From the NCBI GenBank assembly GCA_041687695.1, contig JAWLBL010000016.1, positions 1 to 64,000 of the forward strand: a DNA stretch of 64,000 nucleotides, in the 5' to 3' direction. Made by a program: the position numbers and the translations under genes. The stretch's first letter is position 1, and each line of letters begins with the position of its first letter. Positions 19,018-29,950 of the stretch are shown here, in pieces. The notes beneath the pieces are model-generated. The model saw only the letters and a list, made by a program, of their open reading frames with translations, made no database searches and was not told the origin of the DNA. This stretch comes from Myxococcota bacterium (GTDB lineage Bacteria; Myxococcota_A; UBA9042; PHBI01; JAWLBL01).

Positions 19018-20928
19018 ATGGACCCGTTGGCCCAAGCGCTCTCGCATCACTTCGGTTACTCCGCCTTCCGCGCGGGGCAGCGGCCGGTCATCGAAGGCAT
19101 CCTCGCAGGGCGGCCCGTGGTCGCGGTGATGCCCACCGGCCAGGGCAAGTCCCTGTGCTACCAGCTGCCCGCGCTGATGCTCGACGGCGTCACCCTGGTT
19201 ATCTCTCCGCTCATCGCGTTGATGAAGGATCAGGTCGATGCCCTGAGGGCGCGCGGGATCCCGGCGGCCTACGTCAACAGCAGCATGGACCACGGCCAGC
19301 AGCGGCAGGTGCTCGAGGACGCCGCGGCCGGCCACCTCAAGCTGCTGTACCTGTCGCCGGAGCGCTTCCGCTTCGCTGGCGCGATGGCTGCGATCCGGCG
19401 CATCCCGGTCAGCCTGTTCGCCGTCGACGAGGCCCACTGCATGTCGCACTGGGGCCGCGACTTCCGGCCCGACTACGCGAACCTGGGCGCGGTGGTGACG
19501 GAGCTGGGGATCCCGCGCGTCGCGGCCTTCACGGCCACGGCGACGGCGCACGCCCGCGGCGACATCGTCGACACGCTGCGCATGCGCGACCCGCTGGTCA
19601 TGGTCGCCGGCTTCATGCGCGACAACCTGCACCTGACCGTGCTGCCCGTCCGCCGCATGAAGGAGAAGAAGGACCACATGGTGCGCCTGCTGCGCGAGCG
19701 GGGCGGCGCCGCGGTGGTCTACTGCGCGACGCGCAAGCACTGCGACGAGGTGGCGATCCACCTGCGGGCGAGCCGGCTCGAGCCGATGGTCTACCACGGC
19801 GGCCTCGACGACGAGACGCGCGCCACCACGCAGGACCGGTTCCTGCGCGAGGAGGCGCCGATCATGGTCGCGACCAACGCCTTCGGCATGGGCGTGGACA
19901 AGCCGAACGTGCGCGTGGTCGTGCACTACGACATCCCGGGCAGCGTCGACGCCTACTACCAGGAGGCGGGACGCGCCGGCCGCGACGGCGAGCCGGCGCG
20001 CTGCGTGCTGCTGTTCACCTACGCCGACACGCGCATCCACGAGTTCTTCATCTCGAACGTCGGGCAGGATCTGCCGGCGCCCGAGCGCGCGGCGCTGATG
20101 GCGGCCGAGGAGACCAAGCTCAAGGCGATGGTGCGCTACGCCTACGAGGAGCGCTGCCGCCACGGGGCCATCCTGCGCTACTTCGGCGAGTCGCTGAGCC
20201 TGGACGAGGACGGCTGCGGGGCGTGCGACAACTGCACGGGCGAGACGGGCGTGCCCGGTCTGCGGCTGTCGGCCGATGCGGGGGCGCGAAAGACCACCGC
20301 GTCGGACAAGGGGCCGGCGTCCGACGAGCCGCGCGGGCCGCTGCGCACGCCGAGCGAGGACGAGGCCGTCATCGTGCAGAAGGTCCTCAGCGCGGTCGCG
20401 CGGTCCCAGGGGCGCCTGGCGCCGACCTCGCTGGCGCAGCTGCTGCGCGGGCACGCCACGATGCTGCAGGACCCGCTGGCCACCTCGAAGAGCTTCGGCC
20501 TGCTGGCGTCGATGGGGCAGACGCAGCTGACGACGCTCATCCGGGCGCTGGGGCGCGCGGGCTGCACGACCGGCCGGCGCCCCGAGCTGACGCCGCTGGG
20601 CACCGAGGTGATGTGGCGGCGCAAGGACGTCATGCTGGACCTGCCGCCGTTCTCCGAGGGCGCCGCTCCGGCGCCGGCCGGCGCGAGCCTCGTCGACCCG
20701 GACGCCAAGGCGCTGTTCGACCGCCTGCGCGAGGCGCGGCAGGCCGCCGCGTCCGAGCGCGGCGTCCCCGCCTACGTCATCGCCAGCAACAAGGTGCTCG
20801 AGGCGCTCTCGGTCGAGCGGCCGCAGGGCGACCGCCACGCGTGGCTGACCATCAAGGGCGTCGGGCCCAACAACGTCGACGGCCTGCGCGAGGTGTTCCT
20901 GCCGGTCCTCGAGGCCTCAGCCGAGTAG
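19018..20928 (+). CDS. recQ: RecQ-family ATP-dependent DNA helicase with RQC and HRDC domains
   Basis: MPTGQGKSLCYQLPA, VDEAHC, TATAT, ATNAFGMGVDK, QEAGRAGRDG, CGACDNC. Confidence 0.93.
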   Translation: MDPLAQALSHHFGYSAFRAGQRPVIEGILAGRPVVAVMPTGQGKSLCYQLPALMLDGVTLVISPLIALMKDQVDALRARGIPAAYVNSSMDHGQQRQVLEDAAAGHLKLLYLSPERFRFAGAMAAIRRIPVSLFAVDEAHCMSHWGRDFRPDYANLGAVVTELGIPRVAAFTATATAHARGDIVDTLRMRDPLVMVAGFMRDNLHLTVLPVRRMKEKKDHMVRLLRERGGAAVVYCATRKHCDEVAIHLRASRLEPMVYHGGLDDETRATTQDRFLREEAPIMVATNAFGMGVDKPNVRVVVHYDIPGSVDAYYQEAGRAGRDGEPARCVLLFTYADTRIHEFFISNVGQDLPAPERAALMAAEETKLKAMVRYAYEERCRHGAILRYFGESLSLDEDGCGACDNCTGETGVPGLRLSADAGARKTTASDKGPASDEPRGPLRTPSEDEAVIVQKVLSAVARSQGRLAPTSLAQLLRGHATMLQDPLATSKSFGLLASMGQTQLTTLIRALGRAGCTTGRRPELTPLGTEVMWRRKDVMLDLPPFSEGAAPAPAGASLVDPDAKALFDRLREARQAAASERGVPAYVIASNKVLEALSVERPQGDRHAWLTIKGVGPNNVDGLREVFLPVLEASAE

Positions 20929-22287
20929 GCTCCTGAGGCGGTCGATGACGGCCGGATGGGCGCGCGCCTTGAAGACGACGCCGTCCTCCTCGTAGCGCTC
21001 CTCGACGACCTCGCAGGCGGCGAAGATCTCGCCGCGCAGCTTCTGCTTGTCGTAGGGGACGAGCAGGTCGGCCTCGGCGAAGCCGCGCGAGAAGAAGGCC
21101 AGGAAGGCCGCGCGCAGCCGCTCGACGTCGCCCGGTCGCATCGCGCTGAGGACCAGGCAGCCGGGCCAGGTCTGGGCCAGCTCGGCCTCGCGCGCGGCCT
21201 GGGCCTCGTCGTCGCCGACCTTGTCGAGCTTGTTGAACACCAGCAGGCGCGGCACCTCGCCGGCGCCGATCTCGGCCAGCACCTCCTCGGTGACCTCGAG
21301 CTGCCGTCGGAAGTTCGGGTCCGAGGCGTCGACGACGTGGCACAGCAGCGAGGCCTCGAGCGCCTCCTCGAGCGTGCTCTTGAAGCTCTCGACCAGCCCG
21401 TGCGGCAGGTTCTTGATGAAGCCGACCGTGTCGGAGACCAGCACGCGCGGGACCGACTCGGGGACCAGGGTGCGGACGGTGGTGTCGAGGGTCGCGAAGA
21501 GCTTGTCGGCGACGTAGACCTCGCTGCCGGTGAGCGCGCGCATCAGGGTCGACTTGCCAGCGTTGGTGTAGCCGACCAGGGCGACGCGGTTGACGCGCGC
21601 GATGGCCGAGCTGTCCGAGCGGCGCGCGCGCCGGACGCGGCGCTCGGCCTCGAGGCGGGCCAGCTCGGTGCCCAGCTCGGCGATGCGGTCGCGGATCTTG
21701 CGGCGGTCGAGCTCGAGGCCCGACTCGCCGGCGCCCTTGCCGCCGACGCCGCCGCGCACCCGGTCGCGCCCCCGCGGCGACTCGCGCAGGCGCGGCGCCA
21801 TGTACTGCAGCCGCACCATCTCGACCTGGGCCTTGGCGGCCGGCGAGTGGGCGTGCCGGTGGAAGATCTCGAGGATGACCCCGGTGCGATCGAGGACGTC
21901 GCAGCCGGTCTCCTTCTCGAGGTTGCGCGTCTGGGACGGCGAGATCTCATGGTCGACCAGGACCATCTCGGCCAGCGGCTCGCGGCGCGACACCGGCGGG
22001 TCGCCCTCGGCGGGCTCGGCCTCGGCGGGCTCACCCTCGACGCGCTCCTCGGGAGGCACCCAGCCGACGGCGTCCTTCAGCTCGTCGCGCTTGCCCTTGC
22101 CCAGGTAGGCCGCCGCGTCGAACGACGACCGCTTCTGCGTCACCGTCCCGACCACGACGATGCCCAGCGTCTTGGCGAGCTGCCGCAGCTCGCTCACCGA
22201 GCTCTCGAACGCCTCGTCGCTGACGCCCGGCAGCTGCACGGCGGCCACGACGGCCCGGCGCGGGCCCTCTCCACCCAACTCGATCAT
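20917..22287 (-). CDS. hflX: GTPase HflX
   Basis: DRTGVILEIF, GYTNAGKSTL, LFATLDTT, DTVGFI, NKLD. Confidence 0.95.
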   Translation of the reverse strand: MIELGGEGPRRAVVAAVQLPGVSDEAFESSVSELRQLAKTLGIVVVGTVTQKRSSFDAAAYLGKGKRDELKDAVGWVPPEERVEGEPAEAEPAEGDPPVSRREPLAEMVLVDHEISPSQTRNLEKETGCDVLDRTGVILEIFHRHAHSPAAKAQVEMVRLQYMAPRLRESPRGRDRVRGGVGGKGAGESGLELDRRKIRDRIAELGTELARLEAERRVRRARRSDSSAIARVNRVALVGYTNAGKSTLMRALTGSEVYVADKLFATLDTTVRTLVPESVPRVLVSDTVGFIKNLPHGLVESFKSTLEEALEASLLCHVVDASDPNFRRQLEVTEEVLAEIGAGEVPRLLVFNKLDKVGDDEAQAAREAELAQTWPGCLVLSAMRPGDVERLRAAFLAFFSRGFAEADLLVPYDKQKLRGEIFAACEVVEERYEEDGVVFKARAHPAVIDRLRSLLG

Positions 22288-22329
22288 CTCGGGGACCCCT
22301 GGTGTGCGGTCGATCGCGGTCGATCGCGG

Positions 22330-23799
22330 TCAGTCGCGCGACGCGGCCTTCTGTTCGGCGAGGCGCTTCTTCAAGGCGCCCAGAACGCCGAAGGTCTTGC
22401 CGATCTTTCCGGGCCCGCGCGCGGCCAACCAGTCCAGCGTCGTCCGGGCCAGCGAGACCGCCGACGCGGTGTTCGGGAACCACCACGCCTCGGGCGCCCG
22501 CGCGCCGTCGAACAGCACGAACTTGGGCTGCACCATCTCGAGGATGGCCAGGTGCGAGTTCGTCACCCCGTGGCCGGACTCGCGGCGGCCCGACCAGGGC
22601 GCGAACGGCATGCTGGCCGTCATGGCGCAGTTGTTGACCGTCACCACGCCCACGTTGGCTCGCTCGGCGATGGTCCTCGCGCGCGGCTCGTCCTGCGTCC
22701 ACACGCTGAGCGTCAGGCCGTAGCGGCTGCGGTTCGCACGCTGGAGGCCGTCCTCGTAGCTGTCGACCGGGACGACCGGGCAGAGCGGTCCGAAGGTCTC
22801 TTCGGTCATGACCAGCGCGTCCTCGGGCACGTCGGTCAGGACGACCGCGCCCGGGTAGTCGCCGTGCAGCTTGGCGCCGCGGGCCCGGGCGTCATCGAGG
22901 TGGCGGCGCACGACGGCGTCCTGGGCCTCGGTGGCGACCGGGGCGACCGACAGGCGGCCGGCGGCCTGCACGAGGCGCTGGACGAAGGCGTCGTAGATGG
23001 GCCGCTCGACGTAGACGCGCTCGACCGAGGCGCAGTTCTGGCCGCTGTTGCCCATCGCGCCCCACAGGACGCCCTGGACCGTGCGCTCGAGGTCGCAGTC
23101 CTTGAGGACCAGGGCCGCGTCCTTGCCGCCGAGCTCGAGGCTGACGGTCTTGAGCTGCTCGGCGCAGCGGACGGCGACCTTGCGCCCGGTGGCGACGCTG
23201 CCCGTGAAGACGACGTGGTCCGCGTGGTCGACGACCGCCTGGCCGGCCTCGGCCGCGCCCTGGATGACGGTCACCAGGCCGCCGGGCAGGACGCGCGTGA
23301 ACAGCTCGGCGACCAGGGCGCCGGTGCGCGGCGTGACCTCGCTGGGCTTGAACAGGACGGCGTTGCCGGCGACCAGGGCCGGCACCAGCGTGCGCAGGGG
23401 CAGGGCGGCCGGGTAGTTCCACGGGCTGATGAGTCCGATGATGCCGCGGGGCTCGAAGTGCAGCGTGCCGCGCTTGTCGGGGAACTTCAGCGACGAGATG
23501 GGCGCCTTGCGCGGGCGGATGGCGTCGAGGCCGGGGCCGGTCCAGTGGGCGAAGAGCTCGAGGTTGGGGACGACGTCGGCGAACCAGGCGTCGACCGGGT
23601 CCTTGCGCGTCTCCTCGCAGACGACGCGGGCCAGCTCCTCGGCGCGGGCGGCCAGCTGGTCGCCGACCCTGCGGACGAGGGCGGCGCGCTCGGCCAGGGG
23701 CGTGCGGGCCCAGCTCAGCTGAGCGGCGCGCATGGCGGCGACGGTGCCGGACAGGTCCTGGGTGGCGGGGGAGGCGGAGGCGGGGGCCGAGGCGCTCAA
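22330..23799 (-). CDS. Aldehyde dehydrogenase
   Basis: ISPWNYP, KPSE, FTGS, LELGGKD, GQNC, EETFGP. Confidence 0.92.
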   Translation of the reverse strand: MSASAPASASPATQDLSGTVAAMRAAQLSWARTPLAERAALVRRVGDQLAARAEELARVVCEETRKDPVDAWFADVVPNLELFAHWTGPGLDAIRPRKAPISSLKFPDKRGTLHFEPRGIIGLISPWNYPAALPLRTLVPALVAGNAVLFKPSEVTPRTGALVAELFTRVLPGGLVTVIQGAAEAGQAVVDHADHVVFTGSVATGRKVAVRCAEQLKTVSLELGGKDAALVLKDCDLERTVQGVLWGAMGNSGQNCASVERVYVERPIYDAFVQRLVQAAGRLSVAPVATEAQDAVVRRHLDDARARGAKLHGDYPGAVVLTDVPEDALVMTEETFGPLCPVVPVDSYEDGLQRANRSRYGLTLSVWTQDEPRARTIAERANVGVVTVNNCAMTASMPFAPWSGRRESGHGVTNSHLAILEMVQPKFVLFDGARAPEAWWFPNTASAVSLARTTLDWLAARGPGKIGKTFGVLGALKKRLAEQKAASRD

Positions 23800-24416
23800 G
23801 ACGCGGGTTCCTCGCGGCGCATGATGCCGTGCAGCAGGATCTTGGCCATCTCCCCGGCGAGCTGCTCGTCGGTGAGGCCCAGCTCCTTGGACAGGGACTT
23901 CTGGAGCATGATCTCCTCGAGGTAGTAGTGCAGGTAGACGTCCATGATGCAGCGCATGATCACCGCGGGGTGGACGTCGACCAGCTCGCCGGCCTCGCGG
24001 CGGCGGGCGAGGAGCTGCTCGCTCGAGGCCGCGAAGCTGTCGCGGAACGCCTTGATGACGGGCGTGACGTTGCGGCCCTGGAACTCGAGGATGTCGATGT
24101 AGACCAGCTTGAAGTAGTCGCGGTGGGTGCGGACCGACTCGAAGACCGCGGCGCCGACCTGGGCCAGGTTCTCGGGGAACTCGGGCGAGCGGAACAGGGC
24201 GACCACCCGCGCGATATCGCCCGCGAGCTGGCTGCTCGACAGGAGCGCCTGGTAGATCTCTTCCTTCGAAGCGAAGTGGTGATAGATGCCGCCCATGGAG
24301 ACCTGAGCCTTCTGGGCGATGTCGCGCAGGTTCGACCCGTTGTAGCCCTGGGTCAGAAACAGCTCGCGGGCGGCATCGAGGATTCGCTCCTGGATCGAAC
24401 GGGCCTCTTCCGACAT
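23796..24416 (-). CDS. TetR/AcrR family regulator
   Basis: RILDAARELF..GY....RDIA..AQVSMGGIYHHFASKEEI; overlaps the ALDH start. Confidence 0.92.
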   Translation of the reverse strand: MSEEARSIQERILDAARELFLTQGYNGSNLRDIAQKAQVSMGGIYHHFASKEEIYQALLSSSQLAGDIARVVALFRSPEFPENLAQVGAAVFESVRTHRDYFKLVYIDILEFQGRNVTPVIKAFRDSFAASSEQLLARRREAGELVDVHPAVIMRCIMDVYLHYYLEEIMLQKSLSKELGLTDEQLAGEMAKILLHGIMRREEPAS

Positions 24417-24598
24417 GGCGGGCACTATACGCTCAGTCGGGACGGCACCGTCAACACAGTCCGCTTGCGCTCGCCGGACCCCGACCCGCCGCCCCCGCCT
24501 TGCCCTGGCCGGTGGGCGCTCGCTATCGTGGACCCCGCGCCTGGACGCCCCCGCCCTCCACGCTCCGCACGCGTGGCGGACCTCCGAGGTCACCCCCG

Positions 24599-27500
24599 AT
24601 GCATCGTCTGCCCCTCGGCACCGTCGCCCTGGCCGCGATCCTGCTCGCCGCCTGCCCCGAGCTGCCCCGCACCGTGGACCGCGACGTCCTCGTGCCCGAC
24701 GACGCGGACGCCTTCGTCCCGCTGGCGCTCGACCGCGTCTACGAGACCTCGGGCGAGCCGACCGGCGGCCTGCGCGTGTCCCTGTTCGGCCAGGGCTTCA
24801 CCCCCGGCGCCCAGGTCGCCTTCGGGGACGCCACCGCGACGGGCGTGCTGGTCCTGGACGAGGGCCAGATCAACTGCAACGTCCCGCCCCACGCGCCGGG
24901 GCTGGTCGACGTGACCGTCCGCCTGCACGACGGGCAGGAGCAGACGCTGCGCGACGCCTTCCTGTACCGTGGCCCGCTGGCCCTGACGTCGGTCGACCCG
25001 ACCATCGATCGCGTGGTCGGCGGGGCCGAGGTGACCGTGCGGGGCGACCACTTCGACGACGCGACGCGCGTGCTGATCGGCGGCCGGCTGCTCGAGGGGA
25101 TGAAGCGCGTCGACGCGCAGACCATCACCGGGCGGGCGCCGGCGCGGCTGCAGGGGCGCGGCGGGTGGGTCGAGGTCATCGCGACCAACGGCTTCGAGCA
25201 GCGGGTGCTCGATCGGGCCTTCCGGTACGTCGACGCGCTCGAGGTCGACTGGATCAGCCCGGCCGCGGGCAGCACCGAGGGCGGCGCGGTGGTGACCCTG
25301 TACGGCGCGGGGCTCGAGCCCGAGACGGTCGTCAGCATCGGCGGCGTCGTGGCCGAGACCGTGGCGCCGGGGCGCGGCAACGCGATCACGGTGCGCGCGG
25401 CGCCCGGCGAGCCCGGCGCGGCCGACATCGTCATCGACAACGGCCAGCAGACGCTGCAGCTGAGCGACGCCTTCCACTACGGGGCGCCGCAGGAGGGGGA
25501 GCTGGTCCTGGGGCACGCCTGGCCGCGCGAGGTGGCGACCACGGGCGCGACGCAGGTCTCGCTGGCGGTCTACGGGCTGCCGGCCGAGGCGCCGGCGCAG
25601 GGGCTACAGGTCACGGTCGGCAACGCGCCGGCGACCATCCTGCAGGTCGAGGCCAGCGAGCACCTGGTGGTGGTCGCCGTCCCCGAGGGGGCCGAGGGGC
25701 CGGCGACGCTGACGGTGAGCCGAGACGGGCAGACCACGTCGCGCAGCGATCTGCTGACCTACGTGACCCCGCTCACGGCGACGTCGGTGAGCCCGCAGCA
25801 CGGCCCGGCGGCCGGCGGCAACGAGATCACGCTGACCGGCAGCGGCTTCGGCGCCGGGACCGAGGTGCGCTTCGGCGGGGCGCTGGCCAAGGAGGTCGAG
25901 GTCGAGAGCGCGACGCGGCTGACCGTGAAGGTGCCGCGGGGCGTGCCCGGCAAGGTGGACGTGCGGGTCACCCGGGGCGGCAAGGCGACGACCCTGCGAG
26001 GCGGGTATGGCTACCGCGACGGCGAGCCGACGCTGCTGGCGGTCGCGCCGCCGGTGGGGGCGCAGTCGGGCGGGCGCATCGTGCGCCTGCACGGCTCCGG
26101 GTTCTTGCTGTCGGACGCGCCCGAGGTGACCTTCGGGCGCGCGGCGGCCGCCGGGGTCGAGGTCGTCGACGACGCGACCATCCGGGTGCGCGCGCCGCGG
26201 GGCGAGCTGGGCGCCGTCAACGTGCGCACGGACGCGGGCGGCCTGATGGCCATGAGCTACGGCTACTACGACCCGACGGCCCACTACGGCGGCACCTCGG
26301 GCGGCCCCATCCCCGAGGCGATCAACGTCACCGTGCTCAGCGCGGCGTCGCGCGAGCCGGTCGAGGAGGCCTTCGTCATCTTCTGGGACGACATCGGCAC
26401 GCCGTTCCAGGGCGTGACCGACGATCGCGGGCAGATCACCTTCTCGACCGAGGGCTTCGGGCCGCCGGCCATGATCACCGCCGGCAAGGACGAGTACACG
26501 ACGGCCAGCACGGTCGACTTCGACGCGCGCGACGTGACGCTGTTCCTCATCCACCTGCGCCCGTCCAGCCCGGGCGGCGGCGGTGGGGGCGGCGGACCGA
26601 CACCGCTGCCGCAGGGGCGCGTCGCGGGGCAGGTCTCGGGTCTGGACAAGTACATCGTCCTGCCGCCCGGCCAGTGCGACAACAAGCCGCTGGGCGCGCC
26701 GGGCTCGCTGTGCCGGGCGTGCAACACCGACGCGGACTGCACGGGGGCGGGCGCGCGCTGCATCGCGCTGGGCGAGCAGGGCTCGCGTTGCACGACGGCC
26801 TGCACGACGGACAGCGACTGCCCGGGCGGCTACTCGTGCGTCGGCGTGGGCTTCGGGGCGGTCCAGTGCGTGCCCTCGCCGGGCAAGCGCACGGCCTGGT
26901 GCGGCACCACGGCCCCGGACATCTTCTCCGAAACGGCCATCCAGCCGGTCGGGACCTTCGCCGACGAGCTGAAGCTGTTCGAGTTCACGACCCCGCCGGG
27001 CGAGCGGGCCATCGTCTGCCTGGGCGGCTATCAAGAGGAAGGGCAGGCCTTCGTCCCGCTGATGATGGGCGTGCGGCGCCACGTCTTCGCGCAGCCGGGC
27101 GATCTGGTCGCGCAGCAGGACGTCAAGCTGGACATCCCGCTGACGCGGACGCTGCGCGTGCGGCTGGACGACGCGCCGCTGGGCGAGGGCGAGGCCAACG
27201 TGCACGAGGTCGACGTGTTCCTGGACCTCGGCTCGGACGGCGTCTTCCACATGCCTTCGCGCGGGCAGGGCGTCGACGTCAACGAGTTCGAGCTGAAGCG
27301 GTTCCCCGAGCGGTTCGACGAGAGCCTGTACGACGCGACCTACACGCTGTACGCCTCGGCGCGCACCCAGGCCGCCATCGATCAGATGAGCGGCGAGGGC
27401 AGCTTCGTGATGCTGACCGAGGTGACCGAGGTCGACGACGACACGCTGTTCGAGGTGCTGCCGCAGGGCGCCAAGCACACCCAGACGGGCATCGACGTGG

Positions 27501-28642
27501 CGGTGCACGCGATGCACGGCGTGCCGGGCTCGAGCCGGCTGTGGGCCGCGGCCGATCGAGGGCGCGTGCTGACCTTCGACGGCACCTGGTGGGGGCTGCT
27601 GCAGACGCCGACGCAGGTCACCCTCAGGGCCGTCTGGGCGCGGAGCGACGCCGAGGTCTACGTCGCCGGGGACCAGGGCACGCTGCTGCGCTGGGACGGC
27701 AGCCACTGGGAGCACGTCTCGCTGCCGCGCGAGCTGCGGGCCAACGCCTGGTGGGCGCTGGCCGGCACGGCCGACGACCTCTTCCTGACGGGCGAGGCCG
27801 GCGTGTGGCGCCTGTCGGGGGCCGAGCTGCTGCCCGTCCTGCCCAACACCGAACAGCGCGACCGGGGCGTGCGGGGCCTGTGGGCCAGCCCGGACGGCAG
27901 CGTGTGGATGGTCGGCCAGGACGGGCTCATCCGCCGCTGGACCGCGCAAGGCCTCGAGATCATGGACGTCCCAGGGCGCACGCTGCACGCGATCTCGGGC
28001 GCCGGCCCCGACGACGTATGGGCGGTCGGTGAGGCCGGCCGCGTGGCTCACTGGGACGGCCAGCGCTGGTTCGACTACCTGCCGGTCACGCGGCGCCACC
28101 TGCGCGCCGTGCACGCTGCGGGCGCGGGCGCCGTGTGGGCCGCCGGAGACGCGGGCGCGGTGACGGCCTGGGACGGCGCGCGCTGGACCGTGCGGACCGA
28201 GATCGACCACGTGGATCTCTTCGGCGTGCGCGTGACGGGCGAAGGGCGCGTGCTGACCGGCGGCGTGCAGACCCTGGTCTTGACGCCGTTTCTGCGCATC
28301 CCGCGGCTGCTCGATCCGGCGCCGGGCGCCAGCGTCCACCCCGAGGTCCTGCGCTGGACCAACGGCGGCGGACACGACGGCTCCTACACCTACATGACCA
28401 TGGCCGAGGTCAGCGGCTTCCCGTTCTGGACCTTCATGGTCGGCGCCGGGCGCACCGAGGTGCCGCTGCCCGACCTGAACGCGGCCTGGGGCCTGCAGCC
28501 CATCTGGCCGGGCACCGGCTGGGTGCGGTTCGTGCGGATCTACAAGCCCGAGGCCACCCTCGACGCCTTCGATCAGACGCAGCTGAACCAGTTCCAGTGG
28601 CGCTCGTGGGCCGTCAAGGACTTCCAGGTCATGTGGAACTGA
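24599..28642 (+). CDS. Large lipoprotein with IPT/TIG repeats, a Cys-rich insert and a C-terminal beta-propeller
   Basis: LAAC lipobox; about five P..G...GG..VTL.G..F IPT repeats; (W/F)DG..W propeller repeats. Confidence 0.8.
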   Translation: MHRLPLGTVALAAILLAACPELPRTVDRDVLVPDDADAFVPLALDRVYETSGEPTGGLRVSLFGQGFTPGAQVAFGDATATGVLVLDEGQINCNVPPHAPGLVDVTVRLHDGQEQTLRDAFLYRGPLALTSVDPTIDRVVGGAEVTVRGDHFDDATRVLIGGRLLEGMKRVDAQTITGRAPARLQGRGGWVEVIATNGFEQRVLDRAFRYVDALEVDWISPAAGSTEGGAVVTLYGAGLEPETVVSIGGVVAETVAPGRGNAITVRAAPGEPGAADIVIDNGQQTLQLSDAFHYGAPQEGELVLGHAWPREVATTGATQVSLAVYGLPAEAPAQGLQVTVGNAPATILQVEASEHLVVVAVPEGAEGPATLTVSRDGQTTSRSDLLTYVTPLTATSVSPQHGPAAGGNEITLTGSGFGAGTEVRFGGALAKEVEVESATRLTVKVPRGVPGKVDVRVTRGGKATTLRGGYGYRDGEPTLLAVAPPVGAQSGGRIVRLHGSGFLLSDAPEVTFGRAAAAGVEVVDDATIRVRAPRGELGAVNVRTDAGGLMAMSYGYYDPTAHYGGTSGGPIPEAINVTVLSAASREPVEEAFVIFWDDIGTPFQGVTDDRGQITFSTEGFGPPAMITAGKDEYTTASTVDFDARDVTLFLIHLRPSSPGGGGGGGGPTPLPQGRVAGQVSGLDKYIVLPPGQCDNKPLGAPGSLCRACNTDADCTGAGARCIALGEQGSRCTTACTTDSDCPGGYSCVGVGFGAVQCVPSPGKRTAWCGTTAPDIFSETAIQPVGTFADELKLFEFTTPPGERAIVCLGGYQEEGQAFVPLMMGVRRHVFAQPGDLVAQQDVKLDIPLTRTLRVRLDDAPLGEGEANVHEVDVFLDLGSDGVFHMPSRGQGVDVNEFELKRFPERFDESLYDATYTLYASARTQAAIDQMSGEGSFVMLTEVTEVDDDTLFEVLPQGAKHTQTGIDVAVHAMHGVPGSSRLWAAADRGRVLTFDGTWWGLLQTPTQVTLRAVWARSDAEVYVAGDQGTLLRWDGSHWEHVSLPRELRANAWWALAGTADDLFLTGEAGVWRLSGAELLPVLPNTEQRDRGVRGLWASPDGSVWMVGQDGLIRRWTAQGLEIMDVPGRTLHAISGAGPDDVWAVGEAGRVAHWDGQRWFDYLPVTRRHLRAVHAAGAGAVWAAGDAGAVTAWDGARWTVRTEIDHVDLFGVRVTGEGRVLTGGVQTLVLTPFLRIPRLLDPAPGASVHPEVLRWTNGGGHDGSYTYMTMAEVSGFPFWTFMVGAGRTEVPLPDLNAAWGLQPIWPGTGWVRFVRIYKPEATLDAFDQTQLNQFQWRSWAVKDFQVMWN

Positions 28643-28666
28643 GCCGGGGGGCGGCGCGGCGCCGCC

Positions 28667-29950
28667 TCAGCGGTTCCAGGGCTTGTTCGGCACCGTGGGC
28701 ACGTCCGTGCGCGTGACGCCGTCGTGGTCGCGATCGGCGGCGGCGGCGGCGCGCTGCTCGGGGTCCTCGGGCACGTAGTAGGCCCGCTCGCGCTTGGCCT
28801 GGGGCGGCTCGGGTGCGGGCTGCGGGTGGCCCGCGGGCGCTTCCGGCACGTAGTAGGCGCGCTCGCGTCGCAGCTTCTCGATGGCCTCGTCGCGCGAGAT
28901 CATCAGCGTGTGGCCGTCGGCGCGCTTGCCGGCCGCTTCGGGGGCGGAGGCGGCCGCGGGGGCGACGCGCGGGATCCGGTCGGTCTCGACCAGCTGCTCG
29001 GGGTCGCGGCCGGGGGCCGGCCGGGGGGCGGGCCGGGGGACCGGGGCGCCGGCGCCGCGGATGCGGGCGTGGACCTCGGGCGGCGCGACGAGCATCGGGA
29101 CCAGGGCCGTCTCGAGCTCGTGCTCGTCGGCGGTGAGGCGGCGGCGGCCGGCGGGCGGGGCGGCGGTGATCACCGGGCCCGACGCGGCGGGCGGCGCGGC
29201 GGCGGGCAGGGTGCTGGGCGCGTGGATCGCTGCGGCGGCCTGGGCTCGGGGCGGCGCGGCCGGCGCGTCGAGGGAGGGCGCCTCGGGCGGAGGGAGCAGG
29301 GCGGCGTCGAGGCCCGGGAGGGCCCGGCGCTCGAAGAGGCGGACGACGAAGTGGGTGGCGCCGGCCCGCAGCTGGTCGCCGTCGCGCAGGCGGACGCGGT
29401 GGGCGACCGGGCGGCCGCTGAGCGCGAGCGGGTGCTCGGGCCCCTGCGGGACCACGAAGACGTTGCCGGCCCCGAAGTTCTCGACCGTCAGGTGAGGGGC
29501 GCCCAGGCGCGGGTCGGGGACCAGGAGGTCGGCGCCTGCCTGGCCGATGCGCAGCACGGGCCGGTCGAGCAAGGCGAACCAGTGGGCTGCGCCGTCGGTG
29601 CGGATGCCGAGCTGCAAGAGGGTGTCGGAGCGCGCCCCGACCTGGACGTAGGTCAGGTGGATGCCGGCCACGTCGACCACGTCGCCGTTGCGCAGCGGCT
29701 GCGAGCCGACGATCGCGACGCCGTCGACGTAGACCGGGGCGGCGCCCGCGCGCGAGATCGCGAACTCGGCCCCGTTGAAGTACAGGAGCGCGTGTTGCGC
29801 CGCCACGCGGGCGTCGCGGATGACGACGTCGCAGTCGGCGGCCCGGCCGAGGCGCATCCGGGCGTGGGTCAGGTGGACGCGCCAGACCTGGTCGGCCTCT
29901 TCGAGCAGCAGGTAGGCTTCGGGCATGCCGGCGGGTGCGTGGGGTGACAT
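28667..29950 (-). CDS. FHA-domain protein (tandem FHA plus Pro/Ala-rich tail)
   Basis: LGRAADCDVVI.D..VAAQHA...LRNGDVV, plus a second degenerate FHA (LRDGDQL). Confidence 0.75.
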   Translation of the reverse strand: MSPHAPAGMPEAYLLLEEADQVWRVHLTHARMRLGRAADCDVVIRDARVAAQHALLYFNGAEFAISRAGAAPVYVDGVAIVGSQPLRNGDVVDVAGIHLTYVQVGARSDTLLQLGIRTDGAAHWFALLDRPVLRIGQAGADLLVPDPRLGAPHLTVENFGAGNVFVVPQGPEHPLALSGRPVAHRVRLRDGDQLRAGATHFVVRLFERRALPGLDAALLPPPEAPSLDAPAAPPRAQAAAAIHAPSTLPAAAPPAASGPVITAAPPAGRRRLTADEHELETALVPMLVAPPEVHARIRGAGAPVPRPAPRPAPGRDPEQLVETDRIPRVAPAAASAPEAAGKRADGHTLMISRDEAIEKLRRERAYYVPEAPAGHPQPAPEPPQAKRERAYYVPEDPEQRAAAAADRDHDGVTRTDVPTVPNKPWNR

